Positions 34,547 to 42,079 of a DNA stretch of 42,079 nucleotides are shown here, piece by piece. Every line of letters starts with the position of its first letter. Within the stretch, counting starts at the first letter, position 1. Source of the DNA: Candidatus Taylorbacteria bacterium RIFCSPLOWO2_02_FULL_44_35 (GTDB lineage: Bacteria; Patescibacteriota; Minisyncoccia; Phycocordibacterales; DSPV01); the NCBI GenBank assembly GCA_001822695.1, contig MHSF01000023.1:1257-43335 (forward strand). Direction: 5' to 3'. Made by a program: the position numbers and the translations under genes. The notes under the pieces were generated by a model. That model saw only the letters and a program-made list of their open reading frames with translations, was not told the origin of the DNA and did no database searches.

Positions 34547-36220
34547 TTACAAACTCTCCGGTTCGGGGGCGATGATTTTGGCTTTCCAAATTTTGTGATG
34601 AAGGGTGAGCCAAACCTCTTTGATTTCCCGATTTTTGAGCAGAATTAAAATGATTATGCCGACAGCAATGCCGATGAAACCAGAAAGCAAACCTTGCAGG
34701 AAAACTCCGGGCAAGGTATTGAGATTAAAGATTTTGTCAAAAACATTAAGCGAGCGATAGACGATGAAGCCCATAATGACCGAGGTGGAAAACACTTCAA
34801 AAAAAGTTCTGGTAACGATTGGTGAGAAAGTCGGAAAACGGCGGGCAAAGTAAAACCAGAAAATTGCCGCGTTGATGATTTGCGCCACTGAAAAACCTAG
34901 CGGCAACATCAAAACCTCGGCGCCGGCAACATTGTCTACTCTTAGCAAGCTTTCCACGAAATACCGAAAAAATTCCCAGCGTTTGAACAGCCAGAGAAAA
35001 CCGAAAGCAAAAATTACAATCAGCGCCGCCGAGAATAAATTTATAATCAGCGGTTTTTTGGTATTACCCCCGGCGTAATAACCGCGGACGAAAAGCAAAA
35101 TCAACGATTGGGCAAGGATGGAAATGGAGAAAAACGCCAAAGCGGCGGCCGTCAATCGGGTATCGGACCAATCAAAGTTGCCCGAGCCCAAAACAGTTCT
35201 GACAATTTGGGCGCGTAAAACTATAAAAAGAACGACGATCGGCAATGACCAAAAAGTGATGTGGCGGGCAGCCGTGGTCATTTCTTTGAGAAATTTTTCC
35301 TTTTCGCCGGCGCCGAACAGCCGGCTGATGGTTGGGAAAAGCGCCACGGTATAACTCGCCCCGACGATAGCTAATGGCACCGATTGTAAATTCCAGGAAA
35401 AGTTGAAAACTGAAACCGAACCGACCGCCAAATAAGCGGCGAAGGCAATGAGCGCCAGCGAAGCAATTTGACTCGCCGAGAGCGCTAAGGTTCGGGAAAA
35501 AGACAAACCCACCACTCGCTTAATAATTTTAAAATTGAATAACGGACGGAAACGCGGAAAAAGCCGGCCCACCGAAATTATTTGGACAACCAAGTGACAT
35601 AAAGCGCCAAGCACCACGCCCAACGCCAAGCCGCTCAAACCAAACAGTGGATAGAAAACCAGCAAACCGAAAATTATGCCGGCATTGTAAAGAATCGGGC
35701 TAATGGCATAAGAAAAGAAACGATGTTTAGCTTGCGTGACCGAAGCCAAAAGATTGGAGAAACCAAGCAGAATCGGTGAAAGCAACAACCAGTGGGTCAT
35801 AACAACGAGCTCGGCGCCGTAAGCGCCGCCGATTATTTTTGGAAAAATCAGGGCGAGCAAGGTGGGCGCCAAGAAAAAAGCCACGATGCTCACCGCCACC
35901 ATTAAAACCGCGAAAAAAGAAAAAATCGCGTCCAGAAATTCCCGCGCTTCGGTCTCACTTTTTTGCAATCGCTCAATAATAAACGGCACCAAAATGGAAA
36001 CCGAAACGATGGAAGCAACCGCGACAAAGATCAAATCGGGAATTCGGAAAGCGGCGTAGTAAGCGTCCAGCGCCGCCGAAGCGCCAAAAGTGCCAGCCAG
36101 CATGCGATCGCGAATCAAACCGAGCAATTGGGAAAGAAAAGTAAAAAACGCCAAAAGATAAGCGGCTTCGTGGAGTCCGACAAATTCTTTGCCGAGCAAA
36201 TTAAAAAATTTTTTAACCAT
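34547..36220 (-). CDS. murJ: Lipid II flippase MurJ
   Basis: SQLLGLIRDRMLAGTFG, DAYYAAFRIPD, PILYNAGII; polytopic. Confidence 0.92.
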   Translation of the reverse strand: MVKKFFNLLGKEFVGLHEAAYLLAFFTFLSQLLGLIRDRMLAGTFGASAALDAYYAAFRIPDLIFVAVASIVSVSILVPFIIERLQKSETEAREFLDAIFSFFAVLMVAVSIVAFFLAPTLLALIFPKIIGGAYGAELVVMTHWLLLSPILLGFSNLLASVTQAKHRFFSYAISPILYNAGIIFGLLVFYPLFGLSGLALGVVLGALCHLVVQIISVGRLFPRFRPLFNFKIIKRVVGLSFSRTLALSASQIASLALIAFAAYLAVGSVSVFNFSWNLQSVPLAIVGASYTVALFPTISRLFGAGEKEKFLKEMTTAARHITFWSLPIVVLFIVLRAQIVRTVLGSGNFDWSDTRLTAAALAFFSISILAQSLILLFVRGYYAGGNTKKPLIINLFSAALIVIFAFGFLWLFKRWEFFRYFVESLLRVDNVAGAEVLMLPLGFSVAQIINAAIFWFYFARRFPTFSPIVTRTFFEVFSTSVIMGFIVYRSLNVFDKIFNLNTLPGVFLQGLLSGFIGIAVGIIILILLKNREIKEVWLTLHHKIWKAKIIAPEPESL

Positions 36221-36226
36221 CGGTCT

Positions 36227-38677
36227 TTATTCCTTCGGCGTTGGTTCCTCAATCGGCGGTTTAGCGCGGCTTTCCGGTTTATTATCCACCGGCGCCTTGG
36301 CATTGGTGAACGGCGCCCGGCCGGCTTTCAGATTTTTCAAAATCAAATCAATTTCTTGATTTCCCGGATTGGTTTTCTGAATTTCTGCGAATTGTTTGAC
36401 AGCTTCATTGTTCTTGCCAATCTGGTAATAGCTCAAACCGAGGAAGTAGCGGGCGTTGGCATAGTTGGATAAAAGAGTCACCGCCCTTTCCAACCCTTCG
36501 ACGGCTTTTTTGTAATTCTTATCATTGTAATTGAGCAAGCCAAGCTGAAAAAAAACTGTTGGGTCGTTGGGCGCGAGTTCGGCGATCTTTTCCACCGACT
36601 TGATGGCCTCGTTCAAATTGCCTTCGTCGACGTCAATTTGGGCCAGCAGAAAAATTGCGTCAGTGTAATCTGATTTAAGTTCAAGGACTTGGTTAATAAG
36701 CGTTCTGGCTTTTTTGCTGTCATTATTCGCCAAGGCAAGCCGCGCTAGCGTCAAGTAAAGCAACGGGCTTCGAGGATTTAATTCCAGCGCTTTGTTGTAA
36801 TTGCTCAAAGCGCTTTCGTAAGCACCGGCAATCTTTATCGGCACCACTATGGCATAAACCCGGCCGGCCTCCACCCAATTTTGGTAATCGCTATCATTAA
36901 GTTCAATCGCCCGCTTGGCATATTTTATCGCTTCGCCGAAAGATGCCTGAAACTCCGCCTTAGCGGCTTCGGTATTCAAATCGGCGACATTGCGAGAAAA
37001 CAAATTGCTGATTTTCACTAAATACAATTCAGCGAGAAAACGATTGTAGATATCAATTTCATTCAAGTTGATTGCTCTTTTCAGACCGGCCTCGGTGGCG
37101 ACAATATCGCCCTTGGTGTTAAACACCAATAAGGCCTTTTGAAAATTGACGAGGGCGGCAAATTTCCGCGCAACAACAGCGCCAGTGGTAACGATCACAA
37201 CCAAAAGAATCACCAAAACCAGCGTGGCAAGGAAACTTTTCTTGGGATGGCTGGAGAAGACAAAACCAAACGCCCGGTTCTTGAAATTTTTGTCTTGATG
37301 AAGCGAGGCCAAAAACAAGCCGGTAAAGAAAAAAGTCAAAGCGAAAATCACGACGCTGGGAATATAAAAGACGCTGAACACCCAGAGGTAAGCTGCTGTC
37401 GCGAAAGAAGAAACGGTAAGATAACGATTAAACGGGTCGCCGTCGATAAAGAAAATCGCCCGGAAGCCGGAGTAAAGGAACAGGGCCAGAAAGATTATCC
37501 AAGCGAGAAAACCGAGAACGCCGGTAGTGACCACTGTTGACGGAATCAAACCAATGCCAAAATTAAAATCGGTGTTCCAGAAAATCGTATTATTAATGGC
37601 TGGCGGTTTATGTCTTAACCATTCATAAGCAAACCTATTTTGACCAACACCGAAAACCGGGTCGGCGGTCAAGCTTCTTAGAGAAACATCAAAGGTTGCC
37701 TGCCAAGACGGCCGTACTTCAAATTGTGCGATGTTTAGGGTGCCAGCGATTCTGGAACCGAGCGGTTTGCTTTGAGTAAAATTGTCGGCGATAAAAATCG
37801 AAGCGACTACCAGTACCGCCAGCGCGGCGTAAGAAATTTTGCGTTTGTTAACCGACTCTGGAGCAACACTTGCAACCGGCTGGGCGCCATTTTGGTTAAT
37901 AGCAGTCCGCCTGATCGCCAGCAGATAGACGAACAAAATGAGCGCGAACGAAGCGACCGCTAACCAAATGGTAGAGAAATTCACCACGGCCAACGCCAGC
38001 AAAGCAATGACTAGAACGATATAGAGACAAAACCGGAAAAATTTGCTCAGCGCTAAAAGCTCCGTCGTCACCAACGACAGTAATGTCACTGCGCCGAAAA
38101 CGATGCCTAAGTCGTTAAAGCGACCGATTAAACTGGAGGTGTTACCGGAAAAAATTCCGCCGAAAGTCAGCCAAGCGGGAAAGATCAAACGAATTGTCTG
38201 AAAAACAAAGATTATCAGCGCGGCGACCAGAAAAGCGGCATAGCTCAAAAAAATCCGGTCGCGCGATTGGAATAATGCGGCGGCAACAATTAAAAGCATT
38301 ACCATTACAAAAATAGAAACGAAAGTCGCTACTTCAAAACCTTGCCCCACCATAGACCAAGCGACATTGCCGGAAAAAATTGCCGCTAAGAAATTCGCCA
38401 AAACCAGAAAAACCGCGCTGGCCATAAAAATTTTTTCCGGCAACTGAATCGCCCCTTCTTTAAGCCGAGCCAGAATAAAACAAACGGAAGCCAACAATGT
38501 CGCCAAAACAATCAGCAAAGCCTTGCTGAATTGAAAAGGGAAATTGATAGAGGGAATAAAAAAAATCGGCGCTAAAAATATACCGACCGAGACCACGGTA
38601 AAACCGATTTTCTCAAAGAACGGGGCGTTACCAAACGGCACCACCGATTTCACCTTAATTTTTTCTGCTTTTTCCAT
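36227..38677 (-). CDS. Polytopic membrane protein (O-antigen ligase-like) with C-terminal TPRs
   Basis: ~12 hydrophobic segments, PVFGVGQNRF, TTGVLG, then TPR motifs (KALELNPR, YANARYFLG). Confidence 0.75.
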   Translation of the reverse strand: MEKAEKIKVKSVVPFGNAPFFEKIGFTVVSVGIFLAPIFFIPSINFPFQFSKALLIVLATLLASVCFILARLKEGAIQLPEKIFMASAVFLVLANFLAAIFSGNVAWSMVGQGFEVATFVSIFVMVMLLIVAAALFQSRDRIFLSYAAFLVAALIIFVFQTIRLIFPAWLTFGGIFSGNTSSLIGRFNDLGIVFGAVTLLSLVTTELLALSKFFRFCLYIVLVIALLALAVVNFSTIWLAVASFALILFVYLLAIRRTAINQNGAQPVASVAPESVNKRKISYAALAVLVVASIFIADNFTQSKPLGSRIAGTLNIAQFEVRPSWQATFDVSLRSLTADPVFGVGQNRFAYEWLRHKPPAINNTIFWNTDFNFGIGLIPSTVVTTGVLGFLAWIIFLALFLYSGFRAIFFIDGDPFNRYLTVSSFATAAYLWVFSVFYIPSVVIFALTFFFTGLFLASLHQDKNFKNRAFGFVFSSHPKKSFLATLVLVILLVVIVTTGAVVARKFAALVNFQKALLVFNTKGDIVATEAGLKRAINLNEIDIYNRFLAELYLVKISNLFSRNVADLNTEAAKAEFQASFGEAIKYAKRAIELNDSDYQNWVEAGRVYAIVVPIKIAGAYESALSNYNKALELNPRSPLLYLTLARLALANNDSKKARTLINQVLELKSDYTDAIFLLAQIDVDEGNLNEAIKSVEKIAELAPNDPTVFFQLGLLNYNDKNYKKAVEGLERAVTLLSNYANARYFLGLSYYQIGKNNEAVKQFAEIQKTNPGNQEIDLILKNLKAGRAPFTNAKAPVDNKPESRAKPPIEEPTPKE

Positions 38678-38823
38678 AACTTTAATGAGTATTTAACCAG
38701 TTAGAAATCTTTAGAAAAGATTTCTAACGGGGTTTACCTTATCAACTACCTCGTAGCAAGCTACGGGGAAATCTTTTTTATTATACATCATAATTATACA
38801 CCACATTTGTGATTTCCAAAAAG

Positions 38824-41286
38824 TTACAAACATACCAGCGAAGCTATACTATCGCCCTCGCGCAATTTCATAATCCGCACGCCTTGGGTTTGCCGACTAA
38901 GCGATGGAATTTCTTTAATATCAACCCGAATTACCTGGCTCTTTTTGGAAATCGCCACCAACTCTTCTTCGGCGTCAGAAACGACTTTCGCCGCCATTAG
39001 AGCGCCGGTCTTGCCCGTGATTTTCGCCGTCTTAATGCCGGAACCACCGCGCTTTTGAACTTTGTATTCTTTCAAGGCGGTCGTTTTGCCGTAGCCATTT
39101 TCCATCACCACCAAAAACCGCGGGTTGGCAACATCTTTTCTAATGGCGTCGGCGCCGACAATCATATCGCCTTTTTTAAGACGCATCGCCCGCACCCCGC
39201 CGGCCGCCCGGCCCATTAGCCGAATATCCGATTCTTTGAAACGAATTGATTGACCTTTGGCGCTAGCGGCAATCACTTGGTCGCTTTTGTCAATGAAAAA
39301 GACCGATTGCAGGGCGTCGCCGGCATCTAGTCGGATAGCAATAATACCGGAACGGCGAACATCATGGAAACTGGCAGCATCCACCTTTTTGGCAATGCCA
39401 TTCTTAGTCACCAAGAGCGTTGCCAACGCCGACTTTTTCAATTCTTTGGGCATGGGCAAAATGGAAGTGACTCTTTCATCAGCTGCTAATGACAGGAAAT
39501 TCATAATGGATTTGCCTTTGGTGGCGCGTCTGCCCTCCGGAATCTCATACATTTTTATTTGGTAAACTTTGCCTTTGTCGGTAAAAAACAACAAATCATT
39601 GTGGGTAGAAGCGGTCAGGAAAATAGAAACGAAATCCTCTTCTTTGGTATCTAAATCCATCACTCCGATACCGCCGCGTTTTTGTCTGCGATATTCACCT
39701 GGGTCAGTGCGCTTGACATACCCCCCCATCGTCAAAACCAAAACACTTTCTTCATCGGGAATAGTGTCTTCCAACGAAAAGGTTTTGGCTTCATGCTTGA
39801 CAATTTTGGTCAACCGCTCGTCTCCGTATTTTTCCGAAATTTCTTTAAGCTCGCCCCTGATGACACCCAAAATTTTCTTGGGGCTAGCCAATAACTCTTT
39901 GAGAGTTTTAATCAATTCTATCACTGCTTTAAGTTCATCTTCAATTTTCTGACGTTCTAAGCCGGCCAATTTTTGAAGTTTCATTTCCAAAATCGCCGTG
40001 GCCTGCAAGTCGGAGAATTTAAATTCTTTTTCCAAATCAGCGTGGGCGGTGGGCACGTCTTTAGCGGCGCGAATCAATTTAATAATCCGGTCAATGTGAT
40101 CAAGAGCTTTTTTAAGACCGAGCAAAATATGCTCCCGTTCTTCAGCTTTGCGCAAATCAAACTCGGTTCGGCGACGCACCACCACTTGGCGATGCTTGAT
40201 AAAATCCTCCAACAAAGATTTGAGTGATAAAGTTTGAGGCACGCCATCTTGCAACGCCACCATGTTGAAATGAAAGGCCTCTTCCAGCTGGGTATGTTTG
40301 TAAAGATAATTTAAGACCGCTTGCGGTTGACTGCCTTGTTTCAAATCAATGGCAATCCGCAAGTCCTTGGCCGATTCGTCCCGCAAGGCCTTGATGCCTT
40401 CCAGTTTTTTCTCCCGCACCAAGTTGGCGATTGATTCAATCAAGTCGGCTTTGTTGACGCGGTAAGGAATGGAAGTGATGATAATTTGAAAACTGCCGGC
40501 TTTGTTTTCGGTAATTTCCGCTTCGCCACGCACCACTACCCCGCCTTTGCCGTTGCCGTAAGCGTGATGGATGTCTTTTTCCCCAAAAACCACGCCGCCG
40601 GTGGGAAAATCCGGTCCTTTGATGAATTGAAGTAAATCTTCGGTTGTCGCCCCTTTGTTGTCAATCAAATGAATCACCGCCCCGCAAACTTCACGCAAAT
40701 TGTGCGGCGGAATGTTGGAGGCCATACCGACGGCAATGCCAAGCGTGCCGTTCAAAATTAAATTGGGAAAAGCCGCCGGCAAAACCATCGGCTCTTTCTT
40801 GGTGTTGTCGTAATTAGCCCGCCAATCTACCGTCTCTTTTTCCAAATCACGCAACATTTCACCGGAAAGACGGGACATTTTTGTCTCGGTATATCTCATT
40901 GCGGCGGCTGAATCGCCATCAATCGAGCCCCAGTTTCCCTGGCCCATAGCCAGCGGGTAGCGCAAAGAAAACGGCTGGGTCATTTTCACCAACGATTCAT
41001 AGACGGCCGCGTCGCCGTGCGGATGATATTTGCCCAACACATCGCCTACCACCGCCGCTGATTTCCGAAATCTGGCCGAGCTGGTCAAGCCTAGTTCTTG
41101 CATCGCGAACAGAATCCGCCGGTGCACCGGTTTCAAACCATCGCGCGTGTCGGGTAAAGCGCGCATAGTTATCACCGACATAGCATAGTCCAAATAGGAC
41201 TCCTTCATCTCGGTGCTGATATTCCTTAAAACGACACCGCGCTCGCTTTTAACGGGCGCCGTTGATTCATCTTTTTCCTTTGCCAT
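38824..41286 (-). CDS. gyrA: DNA gyrase subunit A
   Basis: [23 protein letters not shown], GyrA-box QKRGGIG, beta-pinwheel repeats. Confidence 0.97.
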   Translation of the reverse strand: MAKEKDESTAPVKSERGVVLRNISTEMKESYLDYAMSVITMRALPDTRDGLKPVHRRILFAMQELGLTSSARFRKSAAVVGDVLGKYHPHGDAAVYESLVKMTQPFSLRYPLAMGQGNWGSIDGDSAAAMRYTETKMSRLSGEMLRDLEKETVDWRANYDNTKKEPMVLPAAFPNLILNGTLGIAVGMASNIPPHNLREVCGAVIHLIDNKGATTEDLLQFIKGPDFPTGGVVFGEKDIHHAYGNGKGGVVVRGEAEITENKAGSFQIIITSIPYRVNKADLIESIANLVREKKLEGIKALRDESAKDLRIAIDLKQGSQPQAVLNYLYKHTQLEEAFHFNMVALQDGVPQTLSLKSLLEDFIKHRQVVVRRRTEFDLRKAEEREHILLGLKKALDHIDRIIKLIRAAKDVPTAHADLEKEFKFSDLQATAILEMKLQKLAGLERQKIEDELKAVIELIKTLKELLASPKKILGVIRGELKEISEKYGDERLTKIVKHEAKTFSLEDTIPDEESVLVLTMGGYVKRTDPGEYRRQKRGGIGVMDLDTKEEDFVSIFLTASTHNDLLFFTDKGKVYQIKMYEIPEGRRATKGKSIMNFLSLAADERVTSILPMPKELKKSALATLLVTKNGIAKKVDAASFHDVRRSGIIAIRLDAGDALQSVFFIDKSDQVIAASAKGQSIRFKESDIRLMGRAAGGVRAMRLKKGDMIVGADAIRKDVANPRFLVVMENGYGKTTALKEYKVQKRGGSGIKTAKITGKTGALMAAKVVSDAEEELVAISKKSQVIRVDIKEIPSLSRQTQGVRIMKLREGDSIASLVCL

Positions 41287-41394
41287 ACCACATTATTTTA
41301 GCATATTTCTAGGTTAAAAGGAAACCAGAAAAAATTAAAACTTGGCAGATATCCGCTATCGCCAGTATCTGCTGAAAATTACTTTTTGTAATTT

Positions 41395-41667
41395 TTACAA
41401 TCCCTGCACTGTCGCGGCAATCAAATTGATGATGCCAAAAACCGAGAACATTATGAACATTCCAATGACGCCGTAAATCATTCCTTTGCCGCCTTCGCTT
41501 CTTTTGGTTGAATCGTCGGCGTGGACGATATAGGTAAAAGCGCCCCAGATAAAAACCAGCAGGGCAACGGCAAAAAGCAAAAGTAAAATTGGATTGACAA
41601 CGTTGTCTTCAATCTTGTTTATGATATCCGTCACTGATTGCGGCACCGCCGCCAAAAGATTTTTCAT
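41395..41667 (-). CDS. Small two-TM pilin-like (TrbC/VirB2-like) protein
   Basis: Two hydrophobic helices with IWG..YI..A and GKGMIYGVIG pattern. Confidence 0.65.
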   Translation of the reverse strand: MKNLLAAVPQSVTDIINKIEDNVVNPILLLLFAVALLVFIWGAFTYIVHADDSTKRSEGGKGMIYGVIGMFIMFSVFGIINLIAATVQGL

Positions 41668-41688
41668 AATATTTTAATTATATCATAA

Positions 41689-42078
41689 TCAATTTGTCAT
41701 TGTCGCCTCGCCCAAAAGTGCCGCCGGTGTGTAATGATTAGCCGCATCCCAAAGCATCCAAGAATTAAAACCTGCATCATAGGTCGCTTGGATTTGCTTC
41801 CTCACCATCTCGGCCGTATAAACCGCGCCTAAATTAAAATCTTGCAACCATGGCCGGATTTTTTGCGGGGTAGAAGAAGAACGCTCATAAGCCGCGTTTA
41901 GTGAATAACGAACCACTTCATAAGGATGCGCCGCCGGATTGCCAAGCCCGATAAAAGTCGGCGGATAATGCGACGGATAAACCATCGGGGCAATATAATC
42001 AAAATACGGCAAAGCCACTTCCAAAACCTGGCCAATGTTTAAGTCATCAGTATTGGTCGTCGTCATACCAAATAAATC
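41689..42078 (-). CDS. Putative glycoside hydrolase (DUF4015-like), 5'-truncated by window edge
   Basis: IGQ, DYIAPMVYPSHY, RPWLQDF, WMLWDAANHY. Confidence 0.75.
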   Translation of the reverse strand, partial: DLFGMTTTNTDDLNIGQVLEVALPYFDYIAPMVYPSHYPPTFIGLGNPAAHPYEVVRYSLNAAYERSSSTPQKIRPWLQDFNLGAVYTAEMVRKQIQATYDAGFNSWMLWDAANHYTPAALLGEATMTN

Positions 42079-42079
42079 A

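Overview
Bacterial genomic window. Gene content, an AT-rich style and pervasive in-gene repeats suggest a Patescibacteria/CPR (Parcubacteria-like) genome; this is inference. Left (1-15.4 kb): a surface-glycan locus with PseI/NeuB-type synthase, GNAT fusions, flippase, methyltransferases, a B12 radical SAM enzyme and several fused glycosyltransferases, followed by argS. Centre (17.2-22.3 kb): two tandem diversity-generating retroelement (DGR) cassettes, each ordered target(VR)-TR-antisense avd-RT. Only the first RT is intact. The two TR/VR pairs are unrelated in sequence and both show adenine-specific substitutions. A third, frameshifted DGR-type target lies at 28.5-29.2 kb with no template in the window. 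Between them is a thymidylate-cycle cluster (tmk, glyA, thyA, folA, dCMP deaminase). In it, three equal-length 38-bp dyad repeats bracket a PaaX/Cas2-like gene and thyA-folA. Right: scpA, two GH130-like enzymes, an unlisted 39-aa MazE-tail ORF, murJ, a TPR membrane protein, gyrA, a pilin and a partial DUF4015-like gene. Best leads: the DGR architecture and its cis-elements (poly-C tract, boxA-like plus covarying leader RNA, ~400-nt TR transcript, T-to-G anomalies) and the 38-bp repeat system. All alignments were done by eye, family calls are from recalled motifs, and no searches were run.
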